Assembly (NCBI GenBank): GCA_039798565.1
Contig: JBDKFU010000057.1
Location: 1-35,223 of the forward strand
DNA: 35,223 bases
Origin: Candidatus Parcubacteria bacterium
GTDB taxonomy: Bacteria; Patescibacteriota; Minisyncoccia; Phycocordibacterales; Phycocordibacteraceae
Direction: 5' to 3'
Shown piece after piece: positions 27,140-35,223 of the stretch. Under the pieces are notes generated by a model. That model had not been told where the DNA came from, did not search any database, and saw nothing but the letters and a program-made list of their open reading frames with translations. Positions within the stretch are counted from its first letter, which is position 1; every line of letters starts with the position of its first letter. The position numbers and the translations under genes were made by a program.

Positions 27140-28786
27140 ATGACGCTGGTTGACGATTTAAAGCGGGTGATACGTGGTGATGTCGATGACGGAGCCTCGG
27201 CGCGTGAGCTCGTGAGCCGTGACGCGAGTGTGTATCGTGTTATGCCTGAGGTTGTAGTGCGCCCGCGAGATGCAAAGGATATTCAAGCGCTGGTGACGTT
27301 GGTGAGTGAGAAAAAAAGAGACGGCGAGTCAGTATCACTCACCGCGCGTTCTGCAGGCACCGATATGTCGGGTGGCCCGCTCACCACGTCCATCGTTGTT
27401 GATATGTTGAAGTATTTTTCAGGCGTTTCAAAGGTAACTGACGGTCATGCTGAGGTGCTGCCCGGTACCTACTTTCGCGACTTTGATAAGGCGACAAAGC
27501 TGACCGGACAAGAGCTGCCGAGCTACACGGCGAGTCGTGAGATTTGCACCGTCGGTGGCATGGTGGGGAATAACGCTGGGGGCGAAAAAAATTTAAAATA
27601 TGGAAAGACGGCACGCTACGTTGAATCACTCGATGTAGTGATGGCAGACGGCATGGTGCATACGCTAAAAAATTTGGAAGGTGCAGCGCTCAAAGCAAAA
27701 CTCGCTGAGCACGGCTTCGAGGGAGATGTGTACCGTGCGTGTTCTAGTCTTTTGCAAAATAACAAAATGGTTATTGAGACCCACAAACCAGCGGTAGAAA
27801 AAAACTCGTCTGGGTATGCGCTCTGGGACATTGGCGATGGGGTATCCAAACTAAATCTCGCTCGGCTTATGGTCGGCGCACAGGGGACTCTCGGTATTAT
27901 CACCGACATTCACTTTTCACTCGTTCGACCAAAGAAATACGCATCAATGGTAGTGGTTTTTTTGAATGACCTGAAGGAGTTGGGCCCCATTATCCCTACA
28001 GTGCTAAAGAATAATCCTGATAGTTTTGAATCGTATGATGACCATACCTTTCGACTTGCAGTTAAATATTTTCCTGAGTTTGTGTCACAGATGGGTGCGA
28101 ATATTGTGTCGCTCGGCATTTCATTTTTACCAGAGATGTGGATGCTGGCGACCGGTGGTGTGCCAAAGTTGGTGCTGTTAATTGAATTTCGCGACGACGA
28201 GCAGGGCAAGGCGCTTTCGCGAGCGCGGGCGATGCGTACTGAACTGAGGAGTCTCCACACGCATGCAGGCATCCGCATTGCAAAAAATCAGAACGCGGCA
28301 AAAAAGTATTGGACTATCCGTCACGAGGCGTTTAACTTGCTTCGAAAAAAAGTGCGCGGAAAAAGAACTGCACCCATCATCGATGACTTTGTTGTCCCAC
28401 CGCCATCACTGCCAGAGTTTCTTCCAAAACTTACTGCGATACTTGATGCATACCGGTTTCCGTATGCAGTGACGGGTCACGTGGGGGATGGAAACTTTCA
28501 TATCTTTCCACTTCTCGATTTCAAGGATCCACGTATTGGTTCACTAATGCGTGAGCTGGTCGAGAAAGTGCATACGCTTGTCTTGTCATATAAGGGTTCT
28601 ATTTCAGGTGAGCATAACGACGGTATGATACGTACACCCTACGTTGAAACGCAGTTTGGGCACGAGATGTACGCGCTCTTTGAGCAGGTCAAAAAAATCT
28701 TTGACCCGCTCAACATCTTCAACCCCGGCAAAAAAGTCGGCCTCACCCGCGACCAATCCGCAGCTCATTTAGATTTGTTAAAATAA
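27140..28786 (+). CDS. FAD-linked oxidase (GlcD / D-lactate dehydrogenase-like)
   Basis: FAD_binding_4-type N-terminal half (RSAGTDMSGG, GGMVGNNAGGEKNLKYG). C-terminal GHVGDGNFH...SGEHNDG. ORF 27011 trimmed to ATG 27140. Confidence 0.85.
   Translation: MTLVDDLKRVIRGDVDDGASARELVSRDASVYRVMPEVVVRPRDAKDIQALVTLVSEKKRDGESVSLTARSAGTDMSGGPLTTSIVVDMLKYFSGVSKVTDGHAEVLPGTYFRDFDKATKLTGQELPSYTASREICTVGGMVGNNAGGEKNLKYGKTARYVESLDVVMADGMVHTLKNLEGAALKAKLAEHGFEGDVYRACSSLLQNNKMVIETHKPAVEKNSSGYALWDIGDGVSKLNLARLMVGAQGTLGIITDIHFSLVRPKKYASMVVVFLNDLKELGPIIPTVLKNNPDSFESYDDHTFRLAVKYFPEFVSQMGANIVSLGISFLPEMWMLATGGVPKLVLLIEFRDDEQGKALSRARAMRTELRSLHTHAGIRIAKNQNAAKKYWTIRHEAFNLLRKKVRGKRTAPIIDDFVVPPPSLPEFLPKLTAILDAYRFPYAVTGHVGDGNFHIFPLLDFKDPRIGSLMRELVEKVHTLVLSYKGSISGEHNDGMIRTPYVETQFGHEMYALFEQVKKIFDPLNIFNPGKKVGLTRDQSAAHLDLLK
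28776..28784 (+). promoter_or_regulatory. extended -10 box TGtTAAAAT, leaderless promoter
   Basis: TAAAAT at 28779-28784 overlaps the oxidase stop codon. Lies 6 nt before ATG 28791. Confidence 0.45.
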
Positions 28787-28790
28787 GCGC

Positions 28791-29171
28791 ATGTCAGACA
28801 AAAAAATAAAAGTTTTCATCTCGATGCCATTTACTGGCAAAACATTCGAGGCACTCACCAAAGAGCGAGAAGATTTGCACGCACTTGCGGCAACATATAA
28901 TCTTGAACTTCCAGAACAATTTATTGGGTACCAGTTTGAAGAGGATTTTAGAACCAAGGAGTATGATCCGTCGTTCATCCTTGCAAAAGATAAAAAGTGG
29001 ATTAAGGAATCAGATATTATCGTCGCAGATTTTTCTGCACCATCCCTTGGGACCGCCTGTGAGGTTACTATTGCAAAAGAGTTGTATGACAAAGAAGTAA
29101 TTGGAATTGTTCCAGGCGTTGAAAAGCGAAAGCACGAGTGTCTTCGTTTTTTTTGTGATCATTTTGCATAA
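28791..29171 (+). CDS. nucleoside 2-deoxyribosyltransferase-like protein
   Basis: KVFISMPFTGK N-terminus and DIIVADFSAPSLGTACEVTIAKE (Rossmann-like fold with a conserved Glu). Confidence 0.6.
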   Translation: MSDKKIKVFISMPFTGKTFEALTKEREDLHALAATYNLELPEQFIGYQFEEDFRTKEYDPSFILAKDKKWIKESDIIVADFSAPSLGTACEVTIAKELYDKEVIGIVPGVEKRKHECLRFFCDHFA

Positions 29172-29192
29172 AGTTATGAAGAAGCATTTGCA

Positions 29193-30014
29193 TTGATTAA
29201 CGACCAGTATGCCGGTTACAATCATCCAGAACATGTAGATAAGCGTCAATACGATTCAATCGCCGTTGAGTATCAGTTGGTAGAGGCCACACCGATGCAA
29301 AAGTACGTCTACGACCCAAATGCGTTTGCTCAAGTGGAGAAGTATGGAAAGGGTGGGGCGGTGGGAGTATTCCACTCTGCGAGTGGACACCGAGCACGTA
29401 TTGCTAAAGAGGCAGGCGCCGCTCAAGTTATTGGTATTGATACGTCATTTCGGCAGATTAGCCTCGCGCGTGAAATAGAGCTCAAAAAGAAACAGGGAAT
29501 AGAGTATTCAATTTTGAATGCGTATTCAAAAGACTTCAATCATGAGTTCCCGGAAAAGTATTTTGGGAAGTTAGATATGGTGTTAGGTTTTTTTCTCATT
29601 GATCACGCACAAACAAAAATCGAGCTGACGTTGCTTGCGCAAAATATTTATGCCAGTTTGAAGCCGGGTGGTACGTTTGTGGCCATGATTGAGCCAGCCG
29701 GAGTTCAACTGCCCACTGATCCTAAGTACGGTGTGGCGCTTGAGCTGGCAGACGATGTGCGGGGCGACGGCGCTCAACGCAAAGTGGCCATATATCAAAA
29801 TATGAAGGATGGCGAAGACAGGCCGGTCCTGCACTTCTTTAACTTTGAGTGGCAGCGAGAGACTATTAGAAAGGCGTTTCAAGACGCTGGGTTCTCTAGC
29901 GCAGAGTTTAGCGACCCCACTATTGCAGAAAGTGACGTGGCAAAACTCGGGGATGATTATTGGTCAGCGTATCGCGCAAACCCGTTTGAGACTTTATTCA
30001 CAAGTAAAAAATAG
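29193..30014 (+). CDS. class I SAM-methyltransferase-like protein with a degenerate motif I
   Basis: VIGIDTSFRQISLARE and LKPGGTFVAM fit the methyltransferase fold. Motif I reads VGVFHSASGH. The TTG start is uncertain. Confidence 0.55.
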   Translation: MINDQYAGYNHPEHVDKRQYDSIAVEYQLVEATPMQKYVYDPNAFAQVEKYGKGGAVGVFHSASGHRARIAKEAGAAQVIGIDTSFRQISLAREIELKKKQGIEYSILNAYSKDFNHEFPEKYFGKLDMVLGFFLIDHAQTKIELTLLAQNIYASLKPGGTFVAMIEPAGVQLPTDPKYGVALELADDVRGDGAQRKVAIYQNMKDGEDRPVLHFFNFEWQRETIRKAFQDAGFSSAEFSDPTIAESDVAKLGDDYWSAYRANPFETLFTSKK

Positions 30015-30016
30015 TT

Positions 30017-30277
30017 ATGGAACTCGTTATTTATTTTTTTGCAGGAGTGTTGCAGGACTTTTTAGTCACATTAAACTGGCGCTATATCGCAAAAGAAAAA
30101 ATCTGGCCAGCAACAACCCTCTCATTTCTTGCCACAGTGGTCACCATGGCGGTGCTGTACAACATCTTAACGCAGCTCGACTCGGATAGGAGTATGATTG
30201 CAATAGTAATATATGCACTCGGTATCGCAGCTGGGACATTTCTCGGCATGAAAACAAAGTTTGGTATGAAGGAGTGA
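30017..30277 (+). CDS. small membrane protein (DUF5698/UPF0316 N-terminal-like)
   Basis: 86 aa with hydrophobic helices. FFAGVLQDFLVTLNWRYIAKEK resembles the UPF0316 N-terminal region, from memory. Confidence 0.5.
   Translation: MELVIYFFAGVLQDFLVTLNWRYIAKEKIWPATTLSFLATVVTMAVLYNILTQLDSDRSMIAIVIYALGIAAGTFLGMKTKFGMKE
30269..30274 (+). promoter_or_regulatory. Shine-Dalgarno AAGGAG, the only clear one in the window
   Basis: AAGGAG lies 8 nt upstream of ATG 30283. Confidence 0.55.
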
Positions 30278-30282
30278 GTGGC

Positions 30283-30921
30283 ATGAACGACATTAAGAAA
30301 ATATTTGAGTTTACGACGTACCTGGAGGGTTTTAAAAAGCTAGAACGGTTTGTTGGACAAACGTTTTGGAGGGAGTATCCAAAGCCACACCACTATGAGT
30401 CGAACGCTGACCATTCGTGGCGCATGGCGATGCTCCTCGTGGTGCTTGAATCTCGACTTGCGCAACCCATCGATTTTAAAAAGGCGATGACCATGCTGCT
30501 CATCCATGACATCCCCGAGCTTATCGCAGGGGACCCAAGCCCATTAGGTGCGTCCGGCACCGGCGAGGACTCACACGCGTTTAATGAAAAATTAGCAGAA
30601 GAGAAGTTTGAACGAGAAAAGAGTGCGGCAGAAATCATTTTTGCAAAACTGCCGCACGCTGAAGCTGAAAGACTTATGGAGCTGTGGCTCGAGTTTGAAA
30701 ATCAGTCATCATATGAAGCGCGCGTGGTGCGAGCGCTTGATAAGTTTGAAGGGAAGCTCCAGTGCATTGAATACACAAACAGTGTGATGTTTAAACCACA
30801 CTATGATTTTACGATGCGGTACGGCGTTGACACATTCGCCGTCGACCCGGTGATTAAAGAACTTGGTGATGTATTGCTTAAAGAGTTAGAAACAAACTAC
30901 ACAGAATTTAAGCAAACGTAG
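30283..30921 (+). CDS. HD-domain phosphohydrolase (YfbR-like 5'-deoxynucleotidase)
   Basis: HSWRMAMLL and LLIHDIPELIAGD give the H...HD...D metal motif. ATG 30283 preferred over GTG 30274 because of the Shine-Dalgarno spacing. Confidence 0.8.
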   Translation: MNDIKKIFEFTTYLEGFKKLERFVGQTFWREYPKPHHYESNADHSWRMAMLLVVLESRLAQPIDFKKAMTMLLIHDIPELIAGDPSPLGASGTGEDSHAFNEKLAEEKFEREKSAAEIIFAKLPHAEAERLMELWLEFENQSSYEARVVRALDKFEGKLQCIEYTNSVMFKPHYDFTMRYGVDTFAVDPVIKELGDVLLKELETNYTEFKQT

Positions 30922-30932
30922 GGATTTCACCA

Positions 30933-30941
30933 TGCTTAAAT
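30933..30941 (+). promoter_or_regulatory. extended -10-like TGcTTAAAT, leaderless promoter
   Basis: TTAAAT at 30936-30941, 6 nt before ATG 30948. Confidence 0.35.
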
Positions 30942-30947
30942 AGTGCT

Positions 30948-31658
30948 ATGTGTTGGAGTTTAGAGGCATCCGCAGGACTTGCCATTGTTGGCGCTGCAGC
31001 AACTATCTATTCATACCGTAGAGGGGATTCGTCCCTTTTGTGGGTGCCGCTCGCGTACTTTGTCGGCATGGAGGTGCTCCAGGCCTTAAGTTATCCAGTA
31101 ATAAACAACTGTACGTCGACGCAGAATCAACTGCTGACGTTGCTCAGCTACTTCCACATTGCCTTTCAACCGTTCTTTTTTAATGCGCTCTATATGTACT
31201 TCATACCAAAGGGGGTACGGCAGCGGATTCTCCCGTGGGTCTATGCGTTCTGTTTTGCAATGGCCGTCATTATGCTCGTGCGCGTTTATCCGATAGACGG
31301 GATTGCTCAGTGTCAGGTGGGGTCGTACCTATGTGGATCAGAGCTTTGCACACTCACCGGCTCATGGCACCTTGCGTGGTCGGTGCCACTCAACGACGCC
31401 CTGCCATACGTGCCGGCGTACGCGCTCGCAGTCTTTATCCTCCCGCTGTTGTACGGATCGTGGAAGGGGGTCATTTTTAGCGTTGTTACGGGACCCATAC
31501 TTTCATTTTTGACGACGTCAAACGTTAATGAGCAGCCGGCAGTGTGGTGCCTCTTCTCAGTAGCCTTTCTCTTCCTTATTTTCTTTACAAGGCTTCGAGA
31601 CTACCTGCATGTTCGCTCATTCTTCTGGTGGCCAAAATCGTGGACTCGGGACCTTTGA
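30948..31658 (+). CDS. hypothetical polytopic membrane protein
   Basis: 236 aa with about 6-7 hydrophobic segments and several Cys. No family recognised. Confidence 0.6.
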   Translation: MCWSLEASAGLAIVGAAATIYSYRRGDSSLLWVPLAYFVGMEVLQALSYPVINNCTSTQNQLLTLLSYFHIAFQPFFFNALYMYFIPKGVRQRILPWVYAFCFAMAVIMLVRVYPIDGIAQCQVGSYLCGSELCTLTGSWHLAWSVPLNDALPYVPAYALAVFILPLLYGSWKGVIFSVVTGPILSFLTTSNVNEQPAVWCLFSVAFLFLIFFTRLRDYLHVRSFFWWPKSWTRDL

Positions 31659-31691
31659 TTTTTCGATAGTATCGGGTATAGTAGGGGGACT

Positions 31692-32354
31692 ATGGCAGCA
31701 CTGGATATCAAGGCATCAAAGCGCACCGCGCTCGGGAAGGCTGTGGCAGACCTCCGTAAGGGGGGTGAAATGCCGGCGGTCGTATACGGTCCTAAGCAGG
31801 AGTCGACATCAATTACCCTCAATACTCGCGAGTTCGAGAAGCTTTTTAAGGCGGCAGGCGAGTCAACCGTCGTCAATGTCTCTATCGATGGCGAAACCGT
31901 TCCGACACTTATCCACGAGGTAGACCACGACCCACTCACTGGTACTGTCCGTCACGCTGATTTCTACGCGATTGTTAAGGGTCAGAAGGTGAGTGTACAG
32001 GTACCCCTTGAGTTCGTTGGTGAATCACCAGCAGTTAAGGAGGGCGCAAACTTGGTTAAGACCATGCACGAGCTTGAGGTTGAGGCCGACCCGATGAATC
32101 TCCCACACGAACTTATGGTGGATATCTCTACGCTTGCCGCTATCGGTGACCAAGTACTTGCACAGGACATAACGCTTCCATCTGGCGTAACTCTCGTTAC
32201 GAACGCAGAAGAAGTAATCGCACTCATCGCAGCTGCAAACGAGGAGGTCATTGAAGAGGCTCCAACTGCAGTTGATATGTCAGCGATCGGCGACGCCGTA
32301 GAGCGCGGAAAGAAGGAAGAGGAGGTGATTGAGGGCGACGCGCCAGCTGCCTAG
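31692..32354 (+). CDS. rplY: ribosomal protein L25 / general stress protein Ctc form
   Basis: RTALGKAVADLRKGGEMPAVVYG N-terminus, HADFY, and an acidic C-terminal extension. TATAGT at 31677-31682 lies 9 nt upstream. Confidence 0.88.
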   Translation: MAALDIKASKRTALGKAVADLRKGGEMPAVVYGPKQESTSITLNTREFEKLFKAAGESTVVNVSIDGETVPTLIHEVDHDPLTGTVRHADFYAIVKGQKVSVQVPLEFVGESPAVKEGANLVKTMHELEVEADPMNLPHELMVDISTLAAIGDQVLAQDITLPSGVTLVTNAEEVIALIAAANEEVIEEAPTAVDMSAIGDAVERGKKEEEVIEGDAPAA

Positions 32355-32382
32355 GACCGTCACACACAGATTTCCTGCGCGT

Positions 32383-32388
32383 TATACT
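32383..32388 (+). promoter_or_regulatory. -10 box TATACT, leaderless promoter for the envelope operon
   Basis: Lies 7 nt before ATG 32396. Confidence 0.45.
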
Positions 32389-32395
32389 TAGAGGT

Positions 32396-33748
32396 ATGCG
32401 CGCTTTTTTTGTTTTCAGTGTAATCATGATCGTGTTCTGCGGTGCATTTTTGTATGCACCGTCACCGGTATCGGCGGAGTTTTTGAGCGAAGAGGATAAG
32501 GCGCGTCTACAAGACGAATATAACAAGATTCAAGCAGAGATAGGCGAGTGGCAGAAGGTTCTTGATGAAACGAGGGGTAAGAAGAATAGTCTGCAGGGCG
32601 ACGTCACCGCGCTGAATGCGTTGATTAAAAAGGCTGAGGCAGAGATACGACAGCGTGGTGTGACCGTTACGAAATTGGGCAACGATATCGCTCAAAAGAC
32701 GCAGCAGATAAGTAGCTATGAGGAAAAGCTGCGACGTAGCCGGCTGTCACTCGCGAACATGCTGCGTAAACAATTTGAGTCTGACGAGCGATCAGTAGCA
32801 GAGCTCGTGTTATCCGCTGACGACTTCTCATCTTTTTATGGCGGGATAGAAGCGCTTGCTTTTGTTCGTCGCGATTTGCAGGGGTTATTTGACGAGGTGC
32901 GTACTGTAAAGGCGCTAACGGAGGAGCAAAAGATAGCACTGACTGAGAAGCAAAATCAAGAACTTGATGCAAAATATGATGTTGAGCGCACAAAAAAACA
33001 AATTGCCGCTAATGAAAGAGAGAAGCAGACACTGCTGTCTATAACGAAAAACCAAGAGAAGCAATATTCGACCGTGCTTGCAGAAAGACAGCGTAAGGCG
33101 GAGCAAATACGAAATGCATTGTTCCCCCTGCGTGACGTCGAAGGCATCTCGTTTGGCGATGCAGTCGAGTTTGCTGCAGTTGCCTCTGAGAAGACCGGTG
33201 TACGACCGGCGATGATACTGGCCATTCTGTCCCAAGAGTCTGATTTGGGCAAAAACATTGGCTCCTGCTACATATCGAGCCTAGATACGGGGGATGGTGT
33301 CGGTAAAAATACCGGCAAAGTATTTAGTGGAGTTATGAAATCGCCGCGCGATACGGTACCGTTCGAGCGTATAACGACGGCACTCGGCAGGATGTGGGGT
33401 GCGACCCCGGTCTCGTGTCCGGCACCGGGCGGATACGGTGGCGCTATGGGTCCGACGCAGTTTATCCCCTCAACGTGGGTGTTATACGAAGCGCGACTTC
33501 GTGCAGCGCTCGGCATAAGTGGTACTCCTGATCCGTGGGACGCAAAAACGGCTATTATTGCAACCGGACTTTTAATGAAAGATAACGGTGCCGATGGAGG
33601 TACGTTCACTGCAGAGTGGAATGCGGCGTGCAGGTACTATTCTGGCTCTGGCTGCAGCAAAAACAAATCAGTTGCGGCGTATGGTGACTCAGTAATTAAA
33701 AAAGCAGAGAGCTTTCAAGAGAACATTGATTTTTTGAAGGGCATATAA
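32396..33748 (+). CDS. secreted coiled-coil protein with a C-terminal lytic transglycosylase (SLT/MltB-like) domain
   Basis: N-terminal signal/anchor. About 230 aa of heptad-rich sequence. Then AILSQESDLG (catalytic Glu) and GAMGPTQFIPSTW. Confidence 0.75.
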   Translation: MRAFFVFSVIMIVFCGAFLYAPSPVSAEFLSEEDKARLQDEYNKIQAEIGEWQKVLDETRGKKNSLQGDVTALNALIKKAEAEIRQRGVTVTKLGNDIAQKTQQISSYEEKLRRSRLSLANMLRKQFESDERSVAELVLSADDFSSFYGGIEALAFVRRDLQGLFDEVRTVKALTEEQKIALTEKQNQELDAKYDVERTKKQIAANEREKQTLLSITKNQEKQYSTVLAERQRKAEQIRNALFPLRDVEGISFGDAVEFAAVASEKTGVRPAMILAILSQESDLGKNIGSCYISSLDTGDGVGKNTGKVFSGVMKSPRDTVPFERITTALGRMWGATPVSCPAPGGYGGAMGPTQFIPSTWVLYEARLRAALGISGTPDPWDAKTAIIATGLLMKDNGADGGTFTAEWNAACRYYSGSGCSKNKSVAAYGDSVIKKAESFQENIDFLKGI

Positions 33749-34488
33749 TGTCCAGCCTGTGGGCAAAACAGTTGCAGAGTTTTAACAGTGCTACCATTGA
33801 TGTAATGCCACCAGCTACACAACCACCGATTGGTGTTTTAAATCCAGAACCATCGCATCACCGTCTCAGTGTCTTTCGTGTCGTTCTCATGCTCGTTGTG
33901 CTTGTCGTCATTGGCGGCATATTTTACGCAGTGTGGTCGATGACACAAATGAAGGGCAGTGTATCACTCATTGTCCGTGATGTTGAAACGGGAGGCCGAA
34001 CGCTCTACACTTACACACTCTCTGACAAAGGGCTTGTAGAAAACGAGTCGATAGATGCAAATTTGATCGTCAGTTCGAGTGCAAAGCTCTATCAGCGTGC
34101 GGATGGATCGGTCATTGGTCTCACGCCGGCGGGCGTGGTTATGGCAGATATTCAAAATCGTACCTCGGTCCTCATTGCTTCAACAGTTTCACCTACATTA
34201 CGCACTCCTCTTGCCGTTTGGGCGGGGGGCGACCGTATTGCATGGATGAATCCCGCAGATAATTCTGTGCAGGTGTTTGACCGCTCGGCGCGCGGGACGT
34301 ATCTGCCAAGCTATTTGAATACTGACTTACATCCTAACTCGCTCGGCTTTACTGACGACGGCAGCATTTTGGTCGCTACTGCGTTGGTGGGGGATACAAC
34401 AGAGATTTATGCGATTCGACTTAATTCTGGCAGTGTTTCAAAAGTTTCTACCATAGACGGATTAGCATCAATAGTAACTACACCATGA
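33748..34488 (+). CDS. membrane-anchored hypothetical, beta-rich ectodomain (TolB/propeller-like)
   Basis: TAATG overlap with the previous gene. One TM (VVLMLVVLVVIGGIFYAVW), then a Ser/Thr/Gly-rich beta-type sequence. Confidence 0.55.
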   Translation: MSSLWAKQLQSFNSATIDVMPPATQPPIGVLNPEPSHHRLSVFRVVLMLVVLVVIGGIFYAVWSMTQMKGSVSLIVRDVETGGRTLYTYTLSDKGLVENESIDANLIVSSSAKLYQRADGSVIGLTPAGVVMADIQNRTSVLIASTVSPTLRTPLAVWAGGDRIAWMNPADNSVQVFDRSARGTYLPSYLNTDLHPNSLGFTDDGSILVATALVGDTTEIYAIRLNSGSVSKVSTIDGLASIVTTP

Positions 34489-35223
34489 CCCGCGCACTTT
34501 TAATTTCACTCCTCACTATCGTTGTATTTTCTAGTGCTGCAGTTGCGCACGCGCAGTACACGATACCGGGTTTTACACTTCAAAATAACTCGCAGTGTGT
34601 TGGCGGTACGCTTCTCCTCGAGTATGGAGATGTGCAGGACACTGGTGCCGCAATATCTGCAAAGCCGCTCGCGACCATGGACTGTCAGTTCTATATGTCC
34701 GGTCCCGGACAATGTTGTTCAGTGCAGTATCGACGTGCGACGCCAAAGGCGCCCGCTATCGGTTCACACGTTTTCATGTATCAGATTTATCAAGGCGGAA
34801 CAGTTGGGCCATCAACTCCGCCAGCAGGGACCCTCACGAGCTCATTTCAACACTGGGCAGGGGACTCAGCTGGCGCTGGCAACCCCACCCCTACATTGAC
34901 GGCTTCACTCGTTGCCAACCCGACCTCAATTTTGAGCGGAGAGCAGTCACTCCTTACATGGTCATCAACGGGCGCGGTGTCGTGTGCAGGAACTAATTTC
35001 AATACACAAGGCGCTACCAGTGGCTCAGCCATTGTCTCTCCATCGTTAAGCACTACCTATACCGTTACGTGCTCGGGTACCGGTACACAAACGACAAGCC
35101 CTCCATCCACCATCAACCACGGAGAAGCAGATGCATACAACAGCCCAGCAGTCATCGCTGACATGCAAGCGAGCGGTATCAACCTCCCCGCAGTCCAAGG
35201 CAATACTGGTTTTGCAAACGATC
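34485..35223 (+). CDS. secreted protein with an Ig-like repeat, 3' end cut by window edge (absent from the ORF track)
   Basis: I translated the third forward frame from ATG 34485 to the window end and found no stop. Signal peptide MTRALLISLLTIVVFSSAAVAHA|QY. Repeat LTASLVANPTSILSGEQSLLTWSSTGAVSCAG...TTYTVTCSG. ATGA overlap with the upstream gene. Confidence 0.7.
   Translation, partial: MTRALLISLLTIVVFSSAAVAHAQYTIPGFTLQNNSQCVGGTLLLEYGDVQDTGAAISAKPLATMDCQFYMSGPGQCCSVQYRRATPKAPAIGSHVFMYQIYQGGTVGPSTPPAGTLTSSFQHWAGDSAGAGNPTPTLTASLVANPTSILSGEQSLLTWSSTGAVSCAGTNFNTQGATSGSAIVSPSLSTTYTVTCSGTGTQTTSPPSTINHGEADAYNSPAVIADMQASGINLPAVQGNTGFAND

Noticed and set aside
31683-31691. Shine-Dalgarno-like purine runs: aggggg before rplY (31692) and gagg before the 32396 gene.
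   Set aside because: They end only 1-3 nt from the ATG, too close for Shine-Dalgarno pairing. They fall between a -10 box and the start codon, so they would be at or before the transcript 5' end.

Overview
This is a compact, nearly gap-free 35 kb stretch with about 49 protein genes and one tRNA. I saw no rRNA, CRISPR array, transposase, integrase or long repeat. TGA, TAA and TAG all terminate well-bounded genes, so the standard bacterial code applies. The gene content points, by inference only, to a reduced-genome bacterium, probably CPR/Patescibacteria-like. That content is a secretin-less type IV pilus/competence locus, a split transketolase, gatCA without gatB, salvage enzymes, many small membrane or secreted hypotheticals, and no biosynthetic operons.

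Layout:
- 1-2003: NUDIX fragment, tspO, small hypotheticals, comFC (minus strand).
- 2059-13183: one long type IV pilus cluster. Order is pilM, pilN-like, pilO, small membrane protein, pilB, orphan receiver, pilT, pilC, two tandem major pilins, terminator, pilD, four minor pilins.
- 13180-14494: two minus-strand hypotheticals.
- 14575-19092: ligA, gatC, gatA, membrane protein.
- 19117-19188: initiator tRNA-Met.
- 19265-25636: gap, rpiB, rpe-like, transketolase N half, 7-TM protein, transketolase C half, cfa, membrane di-iron fatty-acid hydroxylase.
- 26120-30921: PfkB kinase, FAD oxidase, deoxyribosyltransferase-like protein, methyltransferase-like protein, HD phosphohydrolase.
- 31692-32354: L25/Ctc.
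- 32396-35223: envelope operon ending in an open-ended secreted Ig-repeat protein that is absent from the ORF track.

I did not find a recognisable novel defence or mobile system. The strongest signal I can read directly is regulatory. At 18 genes a TAnnnT -10 box sits 5-7 nt upstream of the start codon, which implies leaderless mRNAs. Shine-Dalgarno sites are almost absent, and operon-internal genes are joined by overlaps or gaps of 22 nt or less.

Other items worth a second look:
- an internally duplicated 3+1+3 TM protein splitting the transketolase halves;
- an atypical initiator tRNA;
- eroded Cys4 zinc sites in LigA and PilB;
- a deviant GatA signature;
- lipid-remodelling genes.
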